Source: Lepidodermella squamata (lineage: Eukaryota > Animalia > Gastrotricha). From it: 64,000 nucleotides of DNA. Under the pieces are notes generated by a model, which worked only from the letters and a program-made list of their open reading frames with translations, had not been told where the DNA came from and ran no database searches. Positions 24,638 to 37,173 of this stretch are shown here, piece by piece. Positions within the stretch are counted from its first letter, which is position 1; every line of letters begins with the position of its first letter. Location: contig JBLDXI010000016.1 in the NCBI GenBank assembly GCA_047495785.1, forward strand, positions 248,001-312,000, written 5' to 3'. Made by a program: the position numbers and the translations under genes.

Positions 24638-27600
24638 CTACATGCCTGCGTAGCATTTGAAAGGATCCGAGAACGGCGGGGTCGCATCCGACACCTGATA
24701 AGGAGCACAGTAAACACAAGTATCGAATAAACACATACTCAAAATTCAAAGCCGAAAGTATAAGTACCTCATTCGGCTTACATCCGAAATCTGCGCGTCG
24801 GCAGTCAGCGAAAGGCTTGCCTGGTACGTTGCGGTAGCAGCGGATGTATTTCTGTTCATAAGATTTCATTCATTATATTACATATCGTTAGCGGCGCGCC
24901 AAAACAACCACTTAGATGATTCATTCGATCGTACTTGAAGTCGCCGAACGTAATGATAAAGTACGATAGGCCATTTGAGCACTGATTTTTTTCTACTCTC
25001 GATCGTACTATCCATTTTGGCGCGCCGCTAACGATATTGGCCTTATCGTGACGTACCCAATTAAGATCAGCTCGATGATTACATGCCAGCAGATTGCGAC
25101 CAAAGGCAGCAAAAGTGTTGAACATCTGAAGCAACCTGCGCTTAACCGTATAAATATTCATATTTGTTGAGAACTCACGATTTTCTCCTCGCCGGCAGCA
25201 CAGCCTTGATCACCGGCAATGCAACGGAAACTCGAGCCTTTGATGCATTTCTTGGCGTTCTGCGGAAGAAAAAGCGTTAATTTGCCAAAAATTTGTATAA
25301 AAACTCACCCCCTTGTTGCAGTTGTCCGTGAAACGAGCTGGCCACTCCTTGAACGGGGTTTCGCCTTCCAGACAGTACGGCCTGCACGCTTCGAACTGAC
25401 CAGTTACCGAATTGATGCAACGCGACGCCAATTGAGCTATCGATAGATCATAGATATTGGAATAATTAAATCGCATTGAGCAGTGAAAGCGCTTTTGCTG
25501 TTGACTTACTGCAGTTTTTAATTCTGTCGAAGTTCTCACAGTCCCGAAGTCCACCATCACTCCAGCATTTCAAGTCAGAAAAATATACATTGCGGCACGC
25601 TTTTCCGGAGGCGTTGTAGTCGCCCCTTGGAAGGAGACTGTACTGAATGCTATACTCTTCGCGCCAGGGCTCGCAAGTCCCACCGGTTGCGGTCTTCGAA
25701 ATGAGCGAGCCTTCATAGTCACTTGCGATTGGAGTGATTCGGCATTCCCTGCTCAACTCGGTAGCTTTCACGCCTGGGCACGTTGCGAAGACCGTCACTG
25801 TAGCTTGCTGGCGCCACTCATATTTCTTTTTGGCAATGCTCGAGTAAACTAAAGCTTGATTTTGATTAGTTACAAAAGCACGGCCTTTTGCAGGTCCAGT
25901 TTCGCAAAACCTAAATGCGAGGAACAAATCAGCTATATAAACCTTGGGACTGATACTGTATTGACGACTCAGCACTGGTTTAGCTCCATCAAATTCTTCA
26001 CAACGCATGACCCGTCCAAAGAATCGTTATCATGAAGTCGTTCAGAAATCGTGAAAAAAGCAGAACGAGAGGCTTTTTCAGGCATGTGCTGTTAACCTAT
26101 CTTAATCTGTTCTCACTTAACAAAATCAATTTACTTACTTAACAGCCTTGATGAACATTTCTAAAAATAGTACCCCAAAATGTACGATGATATGTGAAGA
26201 AAAAACGAAAGACTATTCGTAAGCCGTCTCATTGAGAGAAAAGCGGATTTCTCGCCTCAGTAATATTCACTCTGGATTATATTATATTTGTGCTCGATTG
26301 GCTAGAATTCAGAATATATTTTGAATCAGTACGAGCGAAGCGAGGGAATTTTCCGGATTTACCACTAAATTTTGCTCCAAAATCTCATAAAAATGACGAT
26401 ACAATTCCCAGACGTAACAATCTTAAAATCATTTCTGAAGTCTACCTCTTCTCATCTTGAGCCTTTGCCGAACTCTTGTTCGCCATCAACGAAATCGACC
26501 GAGCTTGAAGTACCAGTTAAAATAACGCTAATTGCATTCTCTTCGCAGAACTCAAAAGATAAGTAGCCTAGGCGAGCGTGGCGAGCGAAAAATTGTGATA
26601 ATGCAAGAGAGGGAAGCAATTTTCTGGATTAGGGAATGCATGGCTGCAGCCCTTTTACTGGCTACATTATGACTTATGACTGATACTTAGGCTAAAGATT
26701 GACAATTACTGAGTGCAGTAAACGTTCCCTTTACGACTAAGTGTGAAGCAGGGGGAGGGTTTAATTTTTTGGGGGGCGCATCTTTTCGCGAAGAGGGGGT
26801 AAGCTCATTAGCATATTTCATCTTACGGAATACGGACTATTGCTGATACGGGATACGGCTCCTCAGTTTTCTACCTTTTGAAATGAGCGAATGCGTGAAA
26901 ATGGTAGGTATTTCTAATGAGCTACAAACCGCATTTTCTACAAACAACATTATTGATTTTTTTCCCATCCCTGGATGATCCCCCATCCCCCTGAAGGTCG
27001 ACACTGGATAAGTGGCTATTGTCGAGTCCATACAGTTTTAGTCCCAAGATATCAAAACTAGTTTCCGCACTCTTACATGAATCCGGGAACTCTGCCTTCT
27101 GATCCCAAGCCTCTTATCATGATAAAGTTCATTCAATTGACGTTCACTGAAAGCAAAAATGTGAGAAAAAGATTCTCAAATAGACAGTTCTACCCACTGT
27201 AAGATTCTAGAGAGACCCATGTTGGGAAAGCGAACACCAATCCACTCGTATTTCCCTGGGAGAATTACAAGATGTAATCAAGGTAACAGGGATGAATATA
27301 TTTCGTACCGTGTTCACACGCCAAGAGCAATCAGTTGAATTTGTTGCGTTAATCGCGGGGGTCGTTATGCTTACGGTCGTACAGGGTGGAACGTAGACTT
27401 CGCCGCCGCAGCCATTCGCTACATCGGTCGGGAATGGAATTTCGCAAAAATCGCCGGCAAGGCCGATCGGGCAGAAACATTTCGTACAGTTCACGCTCGG
27501 ATTCGGGTAGCCGCCATTTTGGCATGTGATTTTCGGGTTCTTGCATGGAGCGGAATCTAAAAGCATACTCAATATGTTATTTGCAGAGGAGCGAACATCA

Positions 27601-28647
27601 AACTCACCGAAACAGTTGTATAATGAGTTCAGCTTCACCATGTCGAACAATGACAAAAAATTGGCTTGCCCCAAGCTCTTTATGTATCGCCGATCAGCCG
27701 GGTTCCATTCTGCCACACTGATATACGGATTACCTTTATTCAACTCCATCATAACGTTGAAGAGTGACTCGTAGTCAAACGGAGTCGCGTTGTAGTACGA
27801 TTGCGACGGGTTTATGGGGTAGCTGTTTAGAAAAATTCTAAGTCGATTTCTTAGCAGCAGAAGGACAACTAACGTATTCTCAGATCCAGAGTAGGGTGTG
27901 ACATATTGACCGCGATCTGGTCGCCTGAGCTCATACGTTAGCCCAAGGACGTAGCCGATTTTCCTTATCGCAAATGGAACCTGATTGAAATGTGATGAAA
28001 TTATTTTTGCCGTTGAGGCTATTGAGACTAACCGCGAGAGGCCTCCGCGAGTCGTCGTCGTAATTCGCTACGGCAAGTAACTTTTGAGGATATTGAACGC
28101 TATGGAAACCAAACGCGCCCCTTAGAAGCAGTGCAGAATAGACGTTTAATTACAATGCTGGGATAAGGTAACACACCCTTCCTTAAAGAATAGAATCGAG
28201 TTGGATGTATTCAGATCGATAGACGCTTCAGGTCTTTCCTCGAACCGGAGGCAGGTGACCGATTCGAGTTGTGCTATGGCTCGCCTAATAACGCTCCTAT
28301 CAAGCTCAGCTGTCAGGTGGATATTAGGTGAAAAATAGAGCGAAATAAGTTTCCAGTCAGATTAACCCACAATTAATTAAATCGAGGCAACTGCTTTCAT
28401 CTTTGCAAGTCCCGCTTTTCACGGTTTTGTTATTGAATGCGTAAGGTATCGGCAATGGCCATGGTTTAGCCGGCGGTTGGCCGGGAGTGTAGCCGTCATT
28501 AAAGTCCGCGTACATTGTCGCCACTCGAACTGTTGGGCTACCGCCGTAAAAGAAGCTTAGAGTTAAATTCTGGGTCCACTCCCTTCCAGAGGAGAAGCGG
28601 TGAAAGAGCGAGCAAGCCAACACAAGTAAAATGAGGCGCGCTGTCAT
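24638..28647 (-). CDS. Astacin-like(dead)-EGF-CUB-kringle-3x Cys-repeat paralogue 3 (apparently intact)
   Basis: Signal MTARLILLVLACSLF, KPWPLPIPY, VTCLRF, RKIGYVLGLTYELRRPDRG, PFDYESLFNV, LNSLYNC, CQNGGYPNPSVNCTKCFCP, CUB, kringle CRITP..DYEG..SKT.TG.TCEPW..ACR. Ends DPFKCYAGM*. Confidence 0.82.
24886..25033. mobile_element. 148-bp MITE in an intron of paralogue 3
   Basis: ATAT|CGTTAGCGGCGCGCCAAAA...TTTTGGCGCGCCGCTAACG|ATAT. The empty site TTACATATTGGCC is present in paralogue 4 (about 32657-32669). Confidence 0.92.
25943..27048. mobile_element. 1.1-kb non-autonomous TIR element in an intron of paralogue 3 (about 8-bp TSD, hAT/P-like)
   Basis: CTTGGGACTGATACTGTAT.. and ..ATACAGTTTTAGTCCCAAG termini, flanked by ATATAAAC / ATATCAAAAC. 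Absent from the 50-nt orthologous intron of paralogue 4 (about 33540-33590). Confidence 0.8.
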
Positions 28648-29229
28648 CACTGATCAATGAGCGAATTTGCTAGATTTAGCTGAAAGAAATTACTAGTGAA
28701 TGTTTTCAAATAAATTAAATGAAATGGCATTTTTAAGTTTCAAATCAACGGGAGCGCGAATAGCACGTGCCCAACATGTTGTTTATCAAATATCGAGCAC
28801 CACACGCGACACACACACACACACACACACTTAACCTTGCATTTGTCAATGAATGACCGCTGACGAAAAACGTTGAATGTTTGAACATGTTAAAAACGAG
28901 AAAAATAACAAAAGGCACAGGGCGTTAAGAGGGGAAAATCGCATCATATATATTAAAAAAATCAAATAATAAAACAAAATACAAAATACAAAATTCAAAA
29001 TACCGCGAAATTCCAACCGATCAATGCCGTATTCCATCCGACAACCAAAATGTGACTGAAACCTGATGCCGACTTGCTTTTTGACATTTTCAAAAAATAG
29101 CAGTAAAAAAGTCGCCATAAATCTTTCACCGTATTCCTGGAATTCCTTCGGTGGGGAGGGAACACCGAACAGGTGTTTGAGGGTATGGCGAGGGTACCTT
29201 TTCGTAAGCAAAAGAACAGCCATCGCTTC

Positions 29230-31180
29230 TCAAAACCGGCCTAGGAGTTTTTCGTCGGGTTAAATCCCGCATCTGGGCGTCATCTAGCTAATTATTTTCG
29301 CCCCGGCATGCAATCTGAGCGGTCAATCCGCAACTGGCTCGCCAAAGTTTCCTTTAAACCCGACTTGAATTACAATGTGCTGAGGTTACTGGAAAAAATA
29401 CGAGAGAGATCTCCAAAGTTAGGAAGGTATTACGCAATCGATATCGATGCTATGTCGGTGGAAAAAGCGGAATATTTCCACTGTGGTAGTAAAACTATTC
29501 ACGGGCTGATCGATGCAGGTAAATTCAATTCCTTACCCGAAATTTCCTCGCGAAGTCATCTCGCCCCTCGCGAAGCCCTCGTAATCGAGGCTGTGGCTCT
29601 AAGTGGATTGGTTACCTATCCGATTGGCGTCCTTTTCCTCGAGCATACCAATGAATCCATTCAAACGGCGGTATTGCAAAAGGTTCGTGCTGAATTTCGA
29701 TCACGTGGCCTGGTACCACTCGTTTGTACCGCTGATGGCCATAGGGCCAACTTGGCAACGTCGGCCAACCTTAGCGCTGTTCCACTAAATATTCCGACAG
29801 ACATTCATCGGAATTTCAGTCAGCGACTGATGAGTCGATGTTTTGGTCCCAGGACGCTTCTCATTGCATGAAGCTCCTCCGCGGTCTTTTCGCGAATTGG
29901 CGAGCTATTACTTTCAGGTTTTCAGCGAGAGCGTCGCTAATGCGCTGAAAACATTGCGCGAGTTGAGATATTCCAAGTTCCGGGATTCGGAAGAAACTGA
30001 GATTTACTGTCGTATAATAAATAACGTATGGGACTGTCTGAACCAGCGGTCATTTAATGACCGAAATCCGAATCGTCACACCGTGACTAAAAAAGCATTT
30101 GATTACTGGAAATCGAAGGTAAATGAAGCAATTGACGTTTTGCTTAGCCTCAGAGATTTGCGTGATAACATGGCAGTGGTTAGCAGTTTGAAATGTGGTG
30201 TTGTTGGCATGGTTACTGCTTGCCGAACAGCAATTCGTGTCGTGGAACATTTGCTGTTCAACTGCAATTTCGAAAATGTTCCCACTTTCTTTCTTCTACA
30301 AGATACCCTCGAAATGACATTCGCATTTGTGAGGCAGTTCAACGGGTTTGCTGCTAATCCAAGCCCTGAAAGGCTATTGGCGGCTTTGAGAGGCTATGTG
30401 TTGCAAAGATTCGTCTTCGCCAAAGGTGTGCAGAAAATGATCCGCCTTAATGAGCTGAACATATTCGATTTCGCTGAATATAACGGAGCGGACAAAAATG
30501 GAGTGAATTCAGACGGTGAAATGGACTTCAAAAGCTGGGAAGAAATAGAAGAGCTAGACGCAAAAGGCGATTTTAGAGTCAAGATTGTTTCTCATCTATC
30601 ACGGATGAAGTACAGTCGTATATTGCCGGCTTCGTTATCAAAAAGCTTCAACTCCACAAATTGAGTTGTAAAAGTTGTTTGGACTGCCTTGAAAACGATA
30701 TCCTCGCAACGCCACATCGATTGATATCGAACAATCAGCGATCAAACCACAAAAACAGGTAATTTTTCCAATTTATAATATATTTTAAAACAATATTTTG
30801 GCTTTCAGGTTGGTCAGGCCATCTCTCCCAGTTTGTCGAATAGTTCGCTTAGTTCATCATTTCGTGCACATGAACAAGGAGGACATTTTGAAATCGAAAA
30901 CCCTAGTCAATAAGATTACAACTTGGTTGTTTTATGCTACGCTGTCAAGGCCAAATCTACTAGGTGGGCTTTGCTCGGCGGTAGAGCAGGCTGAAGGAAG
31001 GTCGCCTCATTCCCAACAATAATTATTTAAATCTATAGTTTCAATCGCCTCAATCATTTTTCTAAAGAAAATCGTGCCTGAGCCACGTCTGGGAAACAAA
31101 ACTGCAACTAGAAAGCGCAAAGCAGCCCAGTTTGCAAGCGAGTAATGTTAACCAAATAGCGATTATTTGCGAATACATTT
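29230..31180 (+). mobile_element. P-element/THAP9-family transposase relic (internally deleted, frameshifted)
   Basis: SERSIRNW..IDAMSV..HGLIDAG..EALV..YPIG..TADGHRAN, then VFSESVANAL..NNVWDCLN..QDTLEMTFAFVRQFNG..NP. These match the P-transposase RNase H D/D/E motifs. Most of the GTP-binding insertion appears missing. No THAP domain or TIRs seen; ends approximate. Confidence 0.85.
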
Positions 31181-31785
31181 TGGAAACTGACTTTTTCCCA
31201 ATTCTGTAGAAAATCGACAAAAAATTGGTGCCAGGAATTTTCTTACTGATTCTGATAGTCAGCAAAATTCTCTGATAGCGGAACTATTTTACGAAAATTT
31301 CGAAAACTAACCACTTGGTTAAATCAGCCTTCGAAATCGATACTTTTTTCAATGCAAGTATGCGAGAGCTTACTCGCTGCAAGAGCGAGAAAAGTAAACA
31401 ACCACGCTCACTAATCCCTTACACATGATGCAATTTTACATTTTACACTATGTGAGAACTGTTTCCGATCTTGTAGTATTGTCTACATATTGACTGCGCC
31501 AACATCCGTCTAGCTGCCCTGAAAGCGGTCCGCCAACGCCGCTTTGGCCCCAAGGCAAAACATTAGTTGACTGTCTATAAAACCTACGTCAGGACTCTGC
31601 TAGTATTTGGCAGCCCGGCGTGGCCTCAGGAAAAATCTTTGGCAAAAACTAGAAGTGCTACAAAATAACGCACTTCGGCAGGCCTTCAGGCTGCCACCTT
31701 GGTCAAACATAGCAGGAAACCTTGTAGGTTCGGAATCAAAGGTCAAGTTCAATGAGGCCAGCATTACTGATCAATAGGATACTGA

Positions 31786-31808
31786 TCAATAGGATACTGA
31801 TCAATAGG
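31786..31808. repeat. 15-bp tandem repeat ACTGATCAATAGGAT x3 (array starts at about 31766)
   Basis: Direct reading. Confidence 0.8.
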
Positions 31809-32423
31809 AGAGGAAAAACGCCACCCCTGGTGGCAATGAAGCGCCACCTGACTGCCTTGGTGCATCTTGTGAGCCTGCGGTTGCCAGCAAAGCTTTCGCA
31901 ACACATAATGTAGTAGAATGTAAAAGAAACCCTTATGTTGAGTATAAATCGCAGCAAATTTTGAAATATTAGCCCAGATCAGTGGACTGAAAATGTGAAT
32001 GTTGAAGCATTATCATAGTCTTCTCTGAATAAATTTCGACGAAACACGAGTTCGCTTCGGATGATTCGGCCACGAAAAATTAGTAACCGAGAGCTAGGTT
32101 TTTTTCGTCTCTGCAAATTTTCTGGTTTTTTCGATTATTTACAGCTTCTACAGTTTCTAGGACAATTATTACTAAAACTTTGTGCAGAATCCAAAACCCG
32201 TTTTGTCGTATCATGGCATTTAAATCATTATTTTTGCATCAATTATGGCAGATAAGCATAACCAGCGAATAAGCCACATAAGTCACCACAAAGACAACAT
32301 TGTGAAAGTTTTCGACCATTTGTAAACATAGTTATATTTCAGTAATGCATAAGCAGATCAAGACAAGTTATGATATATTACAGTTCGTAAAAGACCCTAG
32401 CGTCGTTGCAGTTGATGAAACAG

Positions 32424-35158
32424 TTACATGCCCGAGTAGCATTTGAAAGGATCCGAGAACGGCTGGGTCGCATCCGACACCTGATAAGGAGCACAGAATT
32501 ATCGATTGAACATATACTCAAAATTCAGAGCCGAAAGGATAAGCACCTCAGTCGGCTTACATCCGAAATCGGCGCGTCGGCAGTCAGCGAAAGGCTTGCC
32601 TGGTACGTTGCGGTAGCAGCGGATGTATTTCTGTTCATGAGAATTTATTCATTATATTACATATTGGCCTTATCGTGACATACCCAATTAAGATCAGCTC
32701 GATGATTACATGCCAGCAGATTGCGACCAAAGGCAGCAAAAGTGTTGAACATCTGAAGCAACTTGCGTTTAACCGTATAAATATTCATATTTGTTGAGAA
32801 CTCACGATTTTCTCCTCGCCGGCAGCACAGCCTTGGTCACCGGCAATGCAACGGAAACTCGAGCCTTTGACGCATTTCTTAGCGTTCTGCGGAACAAACA
32901 GCGCTAATTTGCCAAACATTTGTGTCAAAACTCACCCCCTTGTTGCAGGTATCCGTGAAACGAGCTGGCCACTCCTTGAACGGGGTTTCGCCTTCCAGAC
33001 AGTACGGCCTGCACGCTTCGAACTGAACAGTTACCGAATTGATGCAACGCGACGCCAATTGAGCTATCGATAGAGCGTAAAAATAATTCAATTACAATAG
33101 TCAGTACAAGCGAGACAAGCGCTTTTTCCCCACTTACTGCAGCTCTTAATTCTGTCGAGATTCTCGCAGTCCCGAAGTCCACCATCACTCCAGCATTTCA
33201 TACTAGAATAGAAGTCATAGCGGCATGCTTTTCCAGAGGCGTTGTAGTCCCCCCTTGGAAGAAGACTGTAATTAATGCCATATTCTTCGCGCCAGGGCTC
33301 GCAAGTTGCACCGGTTGTGGTCTTCGAAATGAGCGATCCCTCATAGTCACTTGCGGTTGGCGTGATTCGGCATTCCCTGCTCAACTCGGTCGCTTTCACG
33401 CCAGGGCACGTTGCGAAAACCGTTACAGTAGCGCGCTGTTGCCAACGGCTTTTTTTATAGACCAAGCTCGAATAAACCAAGGCTTGATTTTGATTAGTCA
33501 CAAAAACACGGCCGTTTGCTGGACCAGTTACACAAAACCTAATTTGAGGAGCAAAATAGCAATATAAACGCAAATTTCCGCAGTCTTACATGAATCCGGG
33601 AACTCTGCCTTCTGATCCCAAGCCTCTTATCATGACATAGTTCATGCAATTGACATTAGCTAAAAGCGAACTTGTGAGAGAAAGATTCTCAAATATACAG
33701 AATAGCCAACCGTAATTATCTAGATCGACTAGTTCTGGGAAAGCGAACACCAATCCACTGGTATTTCCCTGGGAGAGGCAAAAGATAACATCTTGATCAG
33801 GGGAATCAGTTTTTTCGCACCGTTTTGACACGCCAAGAACAATCAGTCAAATTCGTTGCGGTAACTCCAGGGACGGATATGGTGGCGGTCGTACAGGGTG
33901 GAACGTAGACTTCGCCGCCGCAGCCATTCGCTACATCGGTCGGGAATGGAATTTCGCAAAAATCACCGGCAAGGCCGATCGGGCAGAAACATTTCGTACA
34001 GTTCACGCTCGGATTCGGGTAGCCGCCATTTTGGCATGTGATTTTCGGGTTCTTGCATGGGGCGGAATCTAAAAGTATACGTTAACTTAATAAGTCCTTT
34101 GCAGAATATCGAACTCACCGAAGCAGTTGTATAATGAGTTCAGCTTCACCATGTCGAACAGTGACAGGAAATTGGCTTGACCCAAGCTCTTTATGTATCG
34201 CCGATCAGCCGGGTTCCATTCCGCCAGTCTGATGTAAGGATTACCTTTATTCCACTCCATCATAACGTTGAAGAGTGACTCGTAGTCAAACGGAGTCGCG
34301 TTGTAGTATGATTGCGACGGGTTTTTCGGGTAGCTATTGAGAACAATTTAAAGTCGATTTCTTATTTCTTAGCAGCAGAAGAACAACTAACGTATTCTCA
34401 GAGCCAGGGTAGGGTGTCAGATATTGATCGCGATCTGGTCGCCTGAGCTCATACGTTAGCCCAAGGACGTAGCCGATTTTCCTTATCGCAAATGGAACCT
34501 GATTGAAATTATTCTCCTGTTGAACTCATTCAGCTGAGACTCACCGCGAGAGAACTCCGCGAGTCGTCGTCATAATTGGAAATCGCTATTAGCTTTTGAG
34601 GATATTGAACGCTATGGAAACCAAATGCGCCCCTTGGAAGCAGTGCAGGATAGACGATTAATTATAATGCTGGGATAAGGCAACACACCCTTCCTTAAAG
34701 AATAGAATCGAGTTGGACGTATTCAGATCGATAGACGCTTCAGGTCTTTCCTCGAACCGTAGGCAGGTGACCGATTCAAGTTGTGCTATGGCTCGCCTGA
34801 TAACGCTCCTATCAAGCTCAGCTGTCAGGTGGATATTAGGTGAAAAATAGAGCGAAATAAGTTTCTGTCAGATGAACTCACAATTGGTTGAATCGAGGCA
34901 ACTACTTTCATCTTCGCAAGACCCGCGTTTCACGGTCTTGTTATTAAATGCGAAAGGTATCGGCAATGGCCACGGTTTCGCTGGCGGTTGGCCGGGAGTG
35001 TAGCCGTCATTAAAGTCTGCGTACATGGTCGTCACTCGAACTGTTGGGCTATCGCCGTAAAAGAAGCTTAGAGTTACATTGTAGGTGAACTCATAACTTG
35101 AGGAGAAACGGTGGAAGAGCGAGCAAGCCAACACAAGTAAAATGAGGCGCACCGTCAT
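32424..35158 (-). CDS. Astacin-like(dead)-EGF-CUB-kringle-3x Cys-repeat paralogue 4 (apparently intact; tandem duplicate of paralogue 3)
   Basis: Same exon structure as paralogue 3; RKIGYVLGLTYELRRPDRDQY; ends DPFKCYSGM*. The upstream about 200 bp (35230-35350) is also duplicated (28735-28862). Confidence 0.85.
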
Positions 35159-37173
35159 GAAGGAGAGATCAGCGAAACGGTTTGATTTAGCTCAGAAAAT
35201 GGTATCAAATAAATGAAATGAAATAAAAATTTTACAGTTTCAAATCAACGGGAGCACGAATAGCACGTGCCAAACATGTTGTTTATCAAATATCGAGCAC
35301 CACACGCGACACACACGCTTAACCTTGAATTTTTCAATGAATGACTGCTAATGTTTAAACACTGTTAAAAGCAGAAAAATTACGAAGGCATCAAGGGCGT
35401 TATAAGCAGGCGGAATATCGGCCTTATAAAAATGAAATTAAGCAAAATACCACCGTATCGAAACGTGATGATTTTCGTCTTGATATCGAAAACAACGAAA
35501 ATTACTAAGAAAATTACCGCGCAACACGCAGCGCTTTCGCATCAATTTTGTTAAATGTTAAAGTATTATCTTGTACCTAATAAAAATGTTTCATTGTAAT
35601 ATGAATTGGTTTATCTTTTTCAACTACAAACGTTTAATGGAGAACGGTAAACTCATCTACAACCGTGAAATCTATCGAAGAGGTACTTTGGGACAGACTA
35701 GAAGAATATGGAAAGCGCTGCCTCCAGACCAGCGAAGTCATGGCCAGCTATCTGCGCTACATCTGGCACCTCAAGTTCGACGCTTTCGGGAGAAAAATCA
35801 TGAGCAATCACTCACCAGCCTGGAGGATCCGCCACCTAGCAAGCACCTCAGTGGAACCGTTGCAGGAAAATACACCCGTATGGCTCCTATACGTCGACTC
35901 GACTCACCCAGATCTCTCACGATCGTAGGACCGCATTAGTCGAAACTCACTTGCTGGTTCAGTCCAGTTCACCCATTTTACATTTTGAGCTTGCCTTTCA
36001 GAGCCGGAGCCTTGAATCCCTGACCTGAGCCAACCGGTAAGCCTTGGCCCTATTTAATCCTTCCCTTTTGATTCATACAGAGCCTCGAGCCTTCACCTGA
36101 GCCCTCACCTTGAGCCTTCACCCGAGTCTTCAACAACGTGGGGTGAATGGTCATTAACAAATAAATCTGAAAATTTGCCAACCGTCTCTCATCTCCGATT
36201 TGTAATTCTCGGCCGGTGCAGGTCAGACATGAACTTTTTACTCATTAAATAATATTAAATTCTACAAGGATCAAATAGCTCTGTCTTCGCGTAATTTTTC
36301 GCGTAATTTCCGAGACAATTCTTTCTGAGAAGACAAAGCAAAACGGAACATTTTAACAGATTAGGAAACCAACGATTTTTCTATAGTGATTTTTTCGAAC
36401 TGTTTCGACCTTTTTCCACTTTTATTTGATCACCCAACGCCAATTTATTTGTAAAAATCGACAGACTAAATATTCATTATTTATAATTTCAAGTTTTGCG
36501 AGACAAATACTAGAATTTGCCGTCCATCGAATATTCACATTCACAGGTACATCCTGCAGACTCGCGTGATTTATTTGATAACATGTTAATAAAACACGAA
36601 TTCGCTTTCAATGTTTATGGCCGGTGCAATCTACAGCGGAAATAACGTAAAATCCAGGTAGAATCATGGTGTTTAGTGAAAGTCCGGTCTTAACGACTTA
36701 ATTGGCTACATGAGCCTCTACAAAAGATTTCAAAAGAGCCACCAAAATCCGTCCGCGGTTTATAAAAATTCAGCTTTAGACGACTCCCGTTTACACACAA
36801 CTCACACTCTAGGTATATATGATCTACAAATTGTTCACAATATCCCGAACGAAGGTAACATTTAATGACGCTAGTAAGCTTTAATGGGTTAAGTCTACGC
36901 GGGTCTTTTTGCACAGCCGTGTATCACGCTGTTGATTGTCTTCTAACAAGTCACGTTTTTACCGCGCAATAAACGCCTCTGCAAACTCGCCATGAGAAAA
37001 AATGATTTGCCCGCCTCCAGTGTCGGCGGCGGCAGATGCCACAAGTCTCGAGACTCGAGTGTTTGCGCACGGCTAAAAACTCATCGCCAAACAAACCACG
37101 CGCACAGGCCAACAAGTTCGCGCGTAACGTAAATTTAAGTTCGCTCATTTCTCAAAAAAACGGATCAGGAAAA

